From positions 1,536,001 through 1,600,000 of the forward strand of contig CAVPBK010000006.1 in the NCBI GenBank assembly GCA_963701855.1: DNA of 64,000 nt. Direction: 5' to 3'. Below the pieces are notes generated by a model. That model searched no databases and had not been told where the DNA came from. It saw nothing but the letters and a program-made list of their open reading frames with translations. Each line of letters opens with the position of its first letter. Position 1 is the first letter of the stretch. This document shows, in pieces, positions 51,090 through 60,797 of the stretch. The DNA comes from Nitrospirota bacterium (GTDB taxonomy: Bacteria; Nitrospirota; Nitrospiria; Nitrospirales; Nitrospiraceae). The position numbers and the translations under genes were made by a program.

Positions 51090-52199
51090 CTACCGCGTCT
51101 TGGTCGTGTCGAAGCTGTACCCGAGGGTCATGAGGTACAGGTTGTCCGTATCTCCGGTTCCCTGCGCCGGAGTACTGTTATATCGGGTCGTCACTTGGAT
51201 GCCACTCACAAAGCCCTTGAATAGTTTGAACCGGACGCCGTTGTCCATCGTCATATAATAACTGTTGGTATTTTGTAATGACGGGTAAAATTCCTGGTAG
51301 TGGTAGAACGTCATGCGCTCATCCAAGATCGGCCAGTTGAGCCTGACTGCCCATCGGGCGCGGAAGGACGTTTGATCAGCAGCAGTCGTAAAGTCTTCAT
51401 TGAAGTAGGAAAGTCCGGCCTCGGCATAGAGCGAGAGGTCTTTGAGCCAAGGACTAGCGTAATCGCCTTTTTCGATGAAATTATAGCCGGGACCGGAGGA
51501 AAGGGCGGTTCGCAGTTTGAGGTCCTGAAAGGTGTCTTTCTCAAAGTAGGAAGAGGCGAACCAGAAAAAGCGTTTGGTGATAAAAAAGTCCATCTTGATC
51601 AGCGCGCGCGCGTTTCGAGCAGAAAGTTCGTTGTCCTTGTCACCATAGACATAGCGACCGTTCAACGTCAGGCGGAGTTGCTCGCTCCGGGCCACGAAGT
51701 CTCCGAGCAAGCTGGCATTTCTCAAATGGCTGTTCCCGGTTGCTTGCGTGTAACCGCCGGTCAGGGTGCCTTTATAGATGACCGGGTCCTGGACGATTGG
51801 ATTCAGCGCGGTGATTGATTCGATGGGAACCTCGATTGCTCCCTTCATCGGCTCAGCTTTCACTGTGATGGTTCCGTTGGGGCCCTCAGTGGCCGTGCCC
51901 ATCAGAACTGTCCCTTCTTTGAGATGAAAGGGGATGGGGTGGTTGATAGTCAGCTTCGACACGCTGGCCCATTTTATCTTGATGATATTATCCGCCGCAG
52001 CCGCAGTCTTGATATGGAGCACCCCGTCAGACATTTCGACAACTTCGCCATAGAGCACCCCGCCGTCCTTCAATGTGACCACGTCGGGCGGCGCAGGAGT
52101 GGGGGAAGCCTCTACGACTACTGGGGTATCAGTGGCTGCGACAAGTTGTGGCGGAATCAAACAAGTCAGGAGAACAAAAAGCCAGAACCCCTTCTTCAT
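51090..52199 (-). CDS. DUF481/YdiY-like outer-membrane protein
   Basis: DVVTLKDG, ATGNS, beta strands, ends LGYSF. Confidence 0.85.
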   Translation of the reverse strand: MKKGFWLFVLLTCLIPPQLVAATDTPVVVEASPTPAPPDVVTLKDGGVLYGEVVEMSDGVLHIKTAAAADNIIKIKWASVSKLTINHPIPFHLKEGTVLMGTATEGPNGTITVKAEPMKGAIEVPIESITALNPIVQDPVIYKGTLTGGYTQATGNSHLRNASLLGDFVARSEQLRLTLNGRYVYGDKDNELSARNARALIKMDFFITKRFFWFASSYFEKDTFQDLKLRTALSSGPGYNFIEKGDYASPWLKDLSLYAEAGLSYFNEDFTTAADQTSFRARWAVRLNWPILDERMTFYHYQEFYPSLQNTNSYYMTMDNGVRFKLFKGFVSGIQVTTRYNSTPAQGTGDTDNLYLMTLGYSFDTTKTR

Positions 52200-52648
52200 T
52201 GAGTCCTCCTTGCAAGATGAGTGAGTGCCATGAGTCCATTTCCACATGCTAGATATGTTGAGAGCCGTAGGATCATTCAGCCCTAGTGGAAAGGTTGCAA
52301 GTCTATAGCTCAGGTAATTGTGGAGTGGCAAGTATAAAATCCTCGATAGATGCTGATGTGAGCGATGCGAGCATCACATGCGGAGCAATGGTTGCCGGAG
52401 GCAGGCAAGGCTAATGCCGTTGACATCGACGGACTCATTTCATCACACATCTTTGCAGATGCATGATTGGTAAACAGGTGAGATGAGGACATGGTTCTTC
52501 ATTTCTGTGGCTGATATGGTGTGGAGAGAGCTATTTCGCCACAGAGAGGCGACGAAAGAATCGCGACGGGTTTGAATACGGAGCGCTGGCGCTCACCTTG
52601 CCGGTCATCAGACCGCGTGTTAAGATGCCGCCTCGCGAAAATCGGCGC

Positions 52649-52738
<90 letters not shown>

Positions 52739-52803
52739 ACTGAAGACGTGAAACGTGAGGCGCAAAGCGTAGGGGTAAGAGTGTGGGAGAGCATGAAAGT
52801 ACC

Positions 52804-52938
52804 GAGGGTGGGATTCGAACAAGGGGGATCGCGGGGGATGTGTCCCCTGCGTGGGAAGCATACGAGGGGGCTGGCCCCCTCTGTAGGAGCGCGAGCAGTT
52901 TCAGTGCGCGCGACTTCGAATGCCCACCCTCTCCGCCA
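52804..52938 (+). repeat. tRNA-linked hairpin element bounded by inverted and direct copies of the tRNA-Ser 3' end
   Basis: GAGGGTGGGATTCGAAC ... TTCGAATGCCCACCCTCTCCGCCA. Confidence 0.8.
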
Positions 52939-53039
52939 TACCGAAGTGCTGAGCGATGAGTGCTTAGATCTGGAAAATAGCATACGATCTATCCTTTGCA
53001 CATTCAGCACTCAGTTCTCAGCGTTTTGAACTTGAAGAA

Positions 53040-53140
53040 GGGGCTGGGCCCTGTGCAACAGAACCCTGTGAACCCCGCCAGGTCCGGAAGGAAGCAACGG
53101 TAAGCGGTCAGTTCTATGTGCCGCAGGATCACCTGGCCCC
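53040..53140 (+). ncRNA. ffs: SRP RNA (4.5S)
   Basis: CAGGTCCGGAAGGAAGCA core; terminal GGGGCTGGG/CCTGGCCCC stem; upstream of dnaX. Confidence 0.95.
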
Positions 53141-53242
53141 GCTCTTCTCTTAGATACAGTGCTGAATGATGAGTGCTGAGATTCAGAAAACAGAGTACGG
53201 TTGGCCTTCGCGTACTCAGCACTCTACTGGAGTGTAGCGACG

Positions 53243-55081
53243 TTGGATTACCAAGTCTCCGCCAGAAAATACCGTCCGGGCACGTTCGATGATGTGATCG
53301 GACAGTCACACGTCGTTCAGACGCTGGTTAATTCCATTGCCACGAAACGAATTGCCCAAGCCTATCTCTTTTCCGGAACCCGCGGCGTGGGGAAAACCAC
53401 GGTCGCAAGAATTCTTGCCAAGGCGCTCAATTGCGAGCGCGGGCCGACTGGCACGCCTTGCGGCACCTGTTCCAATTGTCTTGAGATCGCGCAGGGGACC
53501 TCTGTCGATGTCATGGAGATCGATGGAGCGTCCAATACGAGCGTGGACGATGTGCGCGAGATCCGCGAGAACGTCAAGTTTGCCGCCTTTCGCGGGAAAT
53601 ACCGGGTCTACATCATCGACGAAGTTCACATGTTGTCGAACTCCGCTTTTAATGCGCTCTTAAAAACGTTAGAAGAGCCGCCGCCGCATGTGGTGTTTAT
53701 CTTTGCCACTACCGAGATTCACAAGATTCCAGCGACGATTCTCTCCCGCTGCCAGCATTACAACTTCCGCCGAATTGCGCGAACCGAGATCGTCGAGCGG
53801 CTGCGCCATGTGGTCGAACAGGACCAGATTGTAATCGAAGAACGGAGCTTGATGGCGCTCGCCAGGGCCAGCGAAGGCAGCATGCGCGATGGGTTGAGCC
53901 TGCTCGACCAGGCCGTGGCGTTCGGCGGCAAAACGATCGTGCATGCAGACCTGGAAGCCTTGCTGGGGGCGGTCCCACAAGAACTTGTTCGCGCCATAAT
54001 TCAGGCGATCACTGCTCAAGAAAGCGCTGCAGGTCTTCGCGTGCTGGCCCAGCTGTTGGACCAGGGGCACGATCTGCGGGCCTATTGTGCAGAGGTTGTC
54101 GAGTATCTGCGCAACATGTTGGTGGTGTCGGTGGTGCCCTCACCCCAAGAATGGCAGGGGTTGATCGAAGCCTCCGCGGAAGATCTCATGCAGATGGCGG
54201 CTGATGCCCGCTCGTTCTCGCCTGAGCAACTCCAGGAATTGCTCGTGGTCTTTACTCAAGCGGAGGACTCGCTCAGGCTCAGCGCCCATCCCCGGTTCGT
54301 GCTCGAAACAGCGGCCGTGCGCGCGACGCGGTTGCTGCGTCGCGCGGATGAAAAGCCAGGACAAACAGCGCAACACACTCAGCCGGTACGTCCATCTCAG
54401 CCGGCCCCAGTGCGCACGGGCCAGCCGGTTTCACCGGCTCGTTCCACAGATCCAGCGCCCTCCTCGCCCCCACGGTCTCCTCAATCGACAGTTCCTATGG
54501 CAGCCGCTTCGATACCGTCGAGGTCTCCTGTTGTCGGAAACATGGCGCCTCTACGAAGCCTGTCAACGAGCCCTACGAATGTCACATCTCCTGGCATGGT
54601 CGGTGAGGTGAAGGGTCAAATGTCCATGGCATCGCGCCCGACTGATGATGGTCGGGTCGCGGTGACACTCAATTGGGAACAAGTTCAAGAAGAAGTGGGC
54701 AATACCTCTTCCAGGATTGCCGCCTTTCTAGAGAGAGGGCGGTTTGTGGGTGTGGATGGTCATGTGGTGACAGTTGGATTTGCCAAGCAGGAGATGGCGG
54801 CTCGAGGGATGATCGAGAACCCTGACAATATGGCGGTGCTCACATCGATCTGTGAACGATTGAGCGGTCAGACCGTTCGATTGCGGATTACTGAATTGTC
54901 GGAGTTGGACCCCTCTGGGCCGACAATGGCACAACTCAGGGTGGCGAAGGAAAAAGAACAACGGCTGGCACTCTTTGAGCAAGCACGGGCACATCCTGTC
55001 GTCAAGCAGGCGCTTGAGATATTCGGTGCAGAACTCGCAGAGGTCAGATCGGTGTCGAATCAGAAGGAGGTTGAGGAATGA
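53243..55081 (+). CDS. dnaX: DNA polymerase III gamma/tau
   Basis: ARKYRP, GTRGVGKTT, DEVHML, FNALLKTLEEPP. Confidence 0.98.
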   Translation: MDYQVSARKYRPGTFDDVIGQSHVVQTLVNSIATKRIAQAYLFSGTRGVGKTTVARILAKALNCERGPTGTPCGTCSNCLEIAQGTSVDVMEIDGASNTSVDDVREIRENVKFAAFRGKYRVYIIDEVHMLSNSAFNALLKTLEEPPPHVVFIFATTEIHKIPATILSRCQHYNFRRIARTEIVERLRHVVEQDQIVIEERSLMALARASEGSMRDGLSLLDQAVAFGGKTIVHADLEALLGAVPQELVRAIIQAITAQESAAGLRVLAQLLDQGHDLRAYCAEVVEYLRNMLVVSVVPSPQEWQGLIEASAEDLMQMAADARSFSPEQLQELLVVFTQAEDSLRLSAHPRFVLETAAVRATRLLRRADEKPGQTAQHTQPVRPSQPAPVRTGQPVSPARSTDPAPSSPPRSPQSTVPMAAASIPSRSPVVGNMAPLRSLSTSPTNVTSPGMVGEVKGQMSMASRPTDDGRVAVTLNWEQVQEEVGNTSSRIAAFLERGRFVGVDGHVVTVGFAKQEMAARGMIENPDNMAVLTSICERLSGQTVRLRITELSELDPSGPTMAQLRVAKEKEQRLALFEQARAHPVVKQALEIFGAELAEVRSVSNQKEVEE

Positions 55082-55401
55082 AGAACCCGATGGGCAATAT
55101 GGGAAATCTTTTGAAGCAAGCGCAGGCGATGCAGGCGCAAATGGCGAAGGTGCAGGAACAGGCATCGTCGAAGACGGTGACTGGAACGGCTGGTGGTGGC
55201 AGTGTGGCGGTGACCGCTAATGGGGCCATGCAGCTAGTCGGCATCGTTATCGACCCCGAAGTGGTGAAAAGCGGCGATGTGGAGATGGTGCAAGATTTGG
55301 TCATGGCCGCATCGAACGATGCCCTCAGGAAGGCTCGCGAGATGATGGCGGATGCAATGAAATCAGTTACCGGCGGGATGAACGTCCCAGGACTGCTCTA
55401 G
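55078..55401 (+). CDS. ybaB: Nucleoid-associated protein YbaB/EbfC
   Basis: KQAQAMQ, AGGGSV, DVEMVQDLV; between dnaX and recR. Confidence 0.95.
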   Translation: MKNPMGNMGNLLKQAQAMQAQMAKVQEQASSKTVTGTAGGGSVAVTANGAMQLVGIVIDPEVVKSGDVEMVQDLVMAASNDALRKAREMMADAMKSVTGGMNVPGLL

Positions 55402-55489
55402 CAGGCGGCGGAGGAACTATGTTGGCATGTGAGAGCTTCGACGGCCTGCACTACTTGGACAACAGGAGAACAGTTCAGCATCCTGCTAG
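55398..55489. mobile_element. Short MITE-like element with CTAG ends
   Basis: CTAGCAGGCGGCGGA...TTCAGCATCCTGCTAG; same ends as 56794-57309. Confidence 0.7.
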
Positions 55490-55503
55490 TAAGCGATGTG
55501 GTC

Positions 55504-56106
55504 ATGGCGGTTGATCAACAAGGATTACTCGCACGATTGGCGCGCGAGTTAGCCCGTCTTCCAGGCATCGGCCAAAAAACGGCGCAGCGATTGGCGTTCC
55601 ATGTCTTGAAGGCTGAACGCGAAGACGCGCTTCGCCTCGCGGAGGCGATTCGTGCCGTCAAAGATGGGCTCTCATTCTGCCGACAATGCCGGAACATTGC
55701 CGAGGGAGAACTCTGCGAATTCTGTCTCGACCCAAAGCGGGATCGGGCGAGAATTCTGGTAGTAGAAGAACCGAGTACGACCTATGCCATTGAGCGGGCG
55801 GGAGCCTACCGTGGCTTGTATCACGTGTTACTCGGCGCCTTGTCTCCATTGGACGGCGTCGGACCGTCCGATATCAGGGCCGAGGAGTTGGTCGATCGGG
55901 TGAAGCTTGGAGGAATTGAAGAAGTAATCCTCGCGACGAGTCCAACGATCGAGGGCGAGGCAACCGCCATCTATCTAACGAATCAACTCAAGCCTCTCGG
56001 GGCTCGGGTTTCGCGTATCGCCTATGGCATTCCAGTCGGGATGGATATCGAGTATGCTGATGAGGTGACGTTGCTGAAGTCCATCGAAGGCCGTCGGGAT
56101 CTCTAG
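55504..56106 (+). CDS. recR: Recombination protein RecR
   Basis: LPGIGQKTAQRLAF, C4 zinc finger, Toprim EGEATA. Confidence 0.98.
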   Translation: MAVDQQGLLARLARELARLPGIGQKTAQRLAFHVLKAEREDALRLAEAIRAVKDGLSFCRQCRNIAEGELCEFCLDPKRDRARILVVEEPSTTYAIERAGAYRGLYHVLLGALSPLDGVGPSDIRAEELVDRVKLGGIEEVILATSPTIEGEATAIYLTNQLKPLGARVSRIAYGIPVGMDIEYADEVTLLKSIEGRRDL

Positions 56107-56117
56107 CAAGACTATTA

Positions 56118-56200
56118 TTTGGTTTATTTAGTTTGTCTTGTTTGTTTGGTTAAACAAGACCAACCAGATGAACAAAATAAATTAGATGAACCAGATAGAC
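56118..56200. repeat. 9-nt periodic palindromic element, copy 3
   Basis: TTTGGTTTA/TCTTGTTTG units then AAACAAGAC/GAACCAGAT units. Confidence 0.7.
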
Positions 56201-56288
56201 TGGGCTCATGCTGCCCATTGACCCTCCTCCAAGCCCCTGCTATAGTTTTGCGATTTCAGACGGTTTTACCCCTCAAGCAGGTTGCAGC

Positions 56289-56732
56289 ATGAAGACAGGT
56301 CCTTCCGCCAAGCGCATTTCACCCACTCCACCGGCAGCCAAGTCTGTCACGGTCAAGCGCAAAGCTAAGACATCGTCCCAGGGGAAAAAGTACGCGGCTA
56401 TTCGTCGTGACCTTGAACGGCAGCGCAGGGCTATGTTGGAGGAGGCGGTTGAGGGTCTCGCCAATCCCAACGGCCAGGAGGCGTTCCCTGATGTCAGCGA
56501 TCAAGCGTCTGCGGAAGCTGAGCAGAATTTTTTGATGCGTATCCGTGAGCGCGAGCAACGGTTGATCAAGAAGATCGATGAGGCGCTTGCCAGAATGGAC
56601 CAAGATATCTTTGGTATTTGTGAGCGCTGCGAAGAAGAGATTCCCTATCCCCGACTGAAAGCCCGCCCAGTCACCACACTCTGCATCAACTGCAAGACGC
56701 TCGAAGAACAGGAAGAGAAGGTTCGGCGCTGA
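56289..56732 (+). CDS. dksA: DksA/TraR C4 zinc-finger protein
   Basis: DVSDQAS.E, CERC..IP..RL.ARP....CINC. Confidence 0.93.
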   Translation: MKTGPSAKRISPTPPAAKSVTVKRKAKTSSQGKKYAAIRRDLERQRRAMLEEAVEGLANPNGQEAFPDVSDQASAEAEQNFLMRIREREQRLIKKIDEALARMDQDIFGICERCEEEIPYPRLKARPVTTLCINCKTLEEQEEKVRR

Positions 56733-56793
56733 ACGTGCTGTGCTTTTCCGCTTCGAACCAGTTCGAAATGTCGCACAATGTTTTTGTAAATGA

Positions 56794-57309
56794 CTAGCAG
56801 GCTGCGGAAGAGTTATGTGGGTGCAGTAAAACACCACTGGCCCGCACGTCTGAAACAACAGGATAGCCTCATGCAGGAGGCTCAAAAATTCCAGCATTCT
56901 CACCCACCCAACCCTGGCGACTACTTCACCCTCCTGCCCTGAGTCTGCCAAGACAGCCTCTTCGCCCAAAGACGCGTCTTGGGCCTAGCAAGGCCGTAGC
57001 GATCTGTCACTTTATAAGGGGTGGATGGGATGATCCCGACTGCGCGCAACATTCTCACCCGCCCACCCACTGGCACGCCGAGACGTGCCATTTGCCCGGG
57101 CGAGGGCCTTTCTGATTTCCCAACTTCCCTAGAGGGAGCAGGCAGATTGTTCTTTACTGCGCGCATCGAGCGACCACCGTTTTATCGTGGGGGCTCTGCG
57201 AGCAAAAAGAACGGTCTGTCTGTTCCCTCACATCCTTCTGAGGCCGCGCGTTGCGCGAGCAAGGGGATCGTCCCAGCTACCCCATCCCCCGTTTTCAGCA
57301 TCCTGCTAG
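56794..57309. mobile_element. 516-bp non-coding MITE-like element with CTAG ends
   Basis: CTAGCAGGCTGCGGAA...TTTTCAGCATCCTGCTAG terminal IRs; nested internal palindromes. Confidence 0.75.
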
Positions 57310-58442
57310 TGTTTTAATGCCTTAACGCGATGTTGGACAAGTGCAATGCGATTAGCTTCATCGGGGATACCTTCGGCCAGCGCGAGATAGGTTTCGTACT
57401 CCGAGATGGCCCGTTTAGGATTCGTAGGCTCGTAGGCCTCAGCCAAGTTGTAGCGGGCAATAGCATAGTTAGGGCGGAGTATGACGGTTTTTTCGAATGA
57501 GGCAAGCGCGTTCGCCTTGTCTCCCAGCTCCGTGTACACCGTGCCGAGGTTGTTCAGAACCTCAGGATTATTGGGCCTGATGGCCAATGACTGAAGCATC
57601 TCTGTCTTGGCTTTTTCGTGCTGCCCCTTCCCTTTCCATGCCTGGCCCAGTTTATGGTGGACTTCTGCCAGCCAGACTTTATTCGTAAAGCCGCTTGCAA
57701 TCGCTTTTTGATAGGCAATGGCGGCGGTATCGTAGTTCTGGGTTCCGCAGTAGGAGAGCTGCGCGGTTTGGCCACGCGCGAATTGTTGGAGCGAGAGGAA
57801 GGGTTCCTTGTCTTCTGCGCCTTGACTGTCGAGCTGTTGTCCGGGCTTCTGGCCCGTTGGATGGCGCAATCGTTCCAAGAACTCGTGTCGATAGGGTGAG
57901 AACAGCCGTACATAGGGGTCGATCGTTACAGAAGCCTGGAGCAATGTCGGATGCTCACGCGTACCTAGGACCAAGTATTGTGTTGTTGTTTTCTCGTCGC
58001 CGGTTTCGTACAGGGCACTGGAATCCATGCTCGTCTTTGAGGACAGGTTCGCCACGTTGAGATAGAACTCCAATACCGGCTTCAGCCGGGTTAAGGTGTG
58101 GCGGAGGACTGGATAGGGATTCAAGTCGAGCCCGGACGGAAAGGTAAAGACGGTTCCAACCAGTGTGCCATCCTCATCAAAAAAGTAGGACTCGTCGCTG
58201 TGCGATGCACTTCGGTCGGCAGGGAGAACCACTTCTTGTCCGGCGCCCCAGTCTTGTGTTTTGAGGGTAGAGGCAGGATGTGTCTTGAGGAAACTGGACT
58301 TCGAAGTACAGAGGGTTGAGGGCTTCAGGAGGACCAGATCGCTTTCAGATGGCGGGAGGTTCGGTCTTGGAGCTGGAGTTTCGCATGCATTCAGCAAGAG
58401 GCTCAGCCCTAGCCCACAGATTACCCATGGTCGAAATGACAT
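57306..58442 (-). CDS. TPR lipoprotein
   Basis: LNAC lipobox; C-terminal TPRs (VLNNLGTVY, ARYNLAEAY). Confidence 0.85.
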   Translation of the reverse strand: MSFRPWVICGLGLSLLLNACETPAPRPNLPPSESDLVLLKPSTLCTSKSSFLKTHPASTLKTQDWGAGQEVVLPADRSASHSDESYFFDEDGTLVGTVFTFPSGLDLNPYPVLRHTLTRLKPVLEFYLNVANLSSKTSMDSSALYETGDEKTTTQYLVLGTREHPTLLQASVTIDPYVRLFSPYRHEFLERLRHPTGQKPGQQLDSQGAEDKEPFLSLQQFARGQTAQLSYCGTQNYDTAAIAYQKAIASGFTNKVWLAEVHHKLGQAWKGKGQHEKAKTEMLQSLAIRPNNPEVLNNLGTVYTELGDKANALASFEKTVILRPNYAIARYNLAEAYEPTNPKRAISEYETYLALAEGIPDEANRIALVQHRVKALKH

Positions 58443-58532
58443 AGCGCGAGGCGTATGCGTGTCATGTGGATTCCGACTCACGAAGAGAGCATACATGAAA
58501 CGTGAAAGGGTTTGCCAATGAGATGACAAGGC

Positions 58533-58563
58533 AACGCCCGCTCTCGTGAGGAGAGCGGGCGTT
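58533..58563. terminator. Hairpin, probable terminator
   Basis: AACGCCCGCTCTC-GTGAG-GAGAGCGGGCGTT. Confidence 0.6.
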
Positions 58564-58596
58564 AAAATGAATCTGAGGGAGACCTGTCTGCGGAGA

Positions 58597-58938
58597 TTAT
58601 CGCCGCTGATTATCCAGCATGGAATCTTCAGTCGTGTACCCGAAAAGGTACGGGCTCTTGCTGGGGAGCTTGTACATTGGTCGGTTCAAGCCATAATCCA
58701 AGGCGACTCCGGCTGGGTGCAAGAGAAAACCAGCCCAGCGCCAAGGATTATCGCTAGGAGCTGCTCCGGCCGCAACATCGGTATAGACCAGAGACGTGGG
58801 GTCCATGACACTGTAAATACTGGCCGGGGGGACATAGCTTCCATCTATACCAGTCGATGCCTGCTGCTGGTTGTTTCCGGCACAACCGACTGCGGTGGCC
58901 AGAAGGAGAACTCCCACGGCAAGAGCTGTAGTCCTCAT
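58597..58938 (-). CDS. Small lipoprotein
   Basis: AVGC lipobox; DNPWRWAGFLLHPAG. Confidence 0.75.
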   Translation of the reverse strand: MRTTALAVGVLLLATAVGCAGNNQQQASTGIDGSYVPPASIYSVMDPTSLVYTDVAAGAAPSDNPWRWAGFLLHPAGVALDYGLNRPMYKLPSKSPYLFGYTTEDSMLDNQRR

Positions 58939-59261
58939 AAGATGACCTCACTTGTCTAGTACGGTTCAGAGTCAATGGTCTCTCGATAGACTGAAGTGTA
59001 GCCGACCTTCAGGATTCTGTCCAGGATTGGAGCAGTTCAGGCAATACATGAAAACCGTCAGTTTAGCCCGCAAGATTCATGGCTGTTTGGCGCGAACTGG
59101 CGGAATAGCGCGCGACTCGCATGAGGTGTGAGCCCTGTTCCTGCTTGTGGTGCTTTTCCCGCTAGTCTTGCTTGAGCCAGGCATCGACGACTGCAGCCGA
59201 AACGCCCATGAATAATGTGGGGTAGTCCAAGGGTATGAACCGGGAAGGGAGGTGGAGAATA

Positions 59262-59336
59262 TGGTAGGCGATACTGGTATCGAACCAGTGGCCTCTTCCG
59301 TGTGAAGGAAGCGCTCTACCCCTGAGCTAATCGCCT
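59262..59336 (-). tRNA. tRNA-Val(CAC)
   Basis: AGGCGATTAGCTCAG...TTCACAC...GTTCGATACCAGTATCGCCTACCA. Confidence 0.97.
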
Positions 59337-59480
59337 ACAGGACGCGAAGTCTAGCACGGGGTCGTAAATTGGATCAACCGTGACACCGGTGTCACGCGCA
59401 CCGAAGTTGCCTTGACATCCCCAAAATGCGGTTCCTACAATGCCACCGCTCGCAATCCTTCTTCGCGGAGTGTTACTCGC

Positions 59481-60797
59481 ATGCGCGACGACATTGTCAT
59501 TATCGGGGGCGGTTTGGCCGGATCTGAGGCGGCGTGGCAGGCGGCCAATCGTGGAGCAAAAGTGACGCTCTATGAAATGCGCCCAAAAGAGATGACGCAA
59601 GCGCACAAGACCGGCGGTCTGGCAGAGCTGGTCTGTTCGAACTCGCTCGGCTCCACGGATCTACTGAATGCCCCCGGCATCTTGAAAGAGGAAATGCGCC
59701 GCCTCAACTCGCTCATTATTCGGGTGGCGGATGAGGTACGGGTGCCAGCCGGATCGGCTCTGGCCGTCGATCGTGAGCAGTTTTCACTCAAGATCACCCA
59801 GGCGCTGGAAGGGCATCCGAACATTCGCATTCTGCATGAGGAGATCGCAGAGATTCCAATGGACTGTCTCTGTATTCTGGCAACCGGCCCGCTGACATCC
59901 GACAAACTGTCTCAGGCGATTGCGCAATTAACGCATACGAAACATTTGTATTTTTACGATGCGATCTCTCCGATTGTGGATGCCGATTCCATCAATATGG
60001 ATGTCGTATTTCTCGCGTCCCGTTACGGCAAGGGTGGGAATGACTATCTCAACTGTCCCATGGACGAGCCGGCCTACAACGCCTTCTATAACGCGTTGCT
60101 CGCGGCGGAGAAAGTCCAACCCAAAGAATTTGAAAAGACGCCCTATTTTGAAGGCTGTATCCCCATCGAAGTGATGGCCGAACGGGGCCGCCAGACCATG
60201 CAGTTCGGTCCGTTAAAGCCAGTGGGCCTTGAGAATCCCAAAACGGGAGCGCAAGCCTATGCCGTGGTACAGCTCAGGACGGAAAACGCCCATCGCTCCT
60301 GTTACAATCTTGTGGGATTCCAGACTAAATTGACCTACGGGGAACAGAAGCGGGTGTTTCGCATGATTCCCGGTCTGGAACAGGCAGAGTTTCTGCGCTA
60401 CGGCAGCCTGCACCGCAACACCTTTATCAATTCTCCAGAACTACTGCGCAACACCCTCCAGTTCAAGGCACGCGGCACACTCTTCTTTGCAGGACAGCTG
60501 GTCGGTGTCGAGGGCTATACGGATTCCGCTGCGATGGGAGGGTTGGCAGGAATCAATGCTGCGCGTGGTCTCGCAGGGTTGCCGTTGGTCACGCCCCCTC
60601 CCACCACCGCGCATGGCTGTCTTCTGTCGTACATCACGGCGACAGACCCTCGTCATTTTCAACCGATGAATACGAATTTCGGGCTCTTTCCTCCTCTTGC
60701 CACCCCGACGAGAGACAAGGAACGCAAACGACGACTCACAGGACAACGGGCGCTTGAGGATCTGACAGCATGGATGACGCAATTCGAGCTTTCATGA
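59481..60797 (+). CDS. trmFO: FAD/folate-dependent tRNA U54 methyltransferase
   Basis: GGGLAGSEAAW, ELVCSNS, YFYDA, FQPMN.NFG. Confidence 0.97.
   Translation: MRDDIVIIGGGLAGSEAAWQAANRGAKVTLYEMRPKEMTQAHKTGGLAELVCSNSLGSTDLLNAPGILKEEMRRLNSLIIRVADEVRVPAGSALAVDREQFSLKITQALEGHPNIRILHEEIAEIPMDCLCILATGPLTSDKLSQAIAQLTHTKHLYFYDAISPIVDADSINMDVVFLASRYGKGGNDYLNCPMDEPAYNAFYNALLAAEKVQPKEFEKTPYFEGCIPIEVMAERGRQTMQFGPLKPVGLENPKTGAQAYAVVQLRTENAHRSCYNLVGFQTKLTYGEQKRVFRMIPGLEQAEFLRYGSLHRNTFINSPELLRNTLQFKARGTLFFAGQLVGVEGYTDSAAMGGLAGINAARGLAGLPLVTPPPTTAHGCLLSYITATDPRHFQPMNTNFGLFPPLATPTRDKERKRRLTGQRALEDLTAWMTQFELS

Noticed and set aside
53243..55081. Programmed frameshift in dnaX
   Set aside because: No A6G or long A-run slippery site was seen
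57021..57317. ORFs inside the dksA-TPR intergenic region
   Set aside because: They lie within the MITE-like repeat and show no protein motifs
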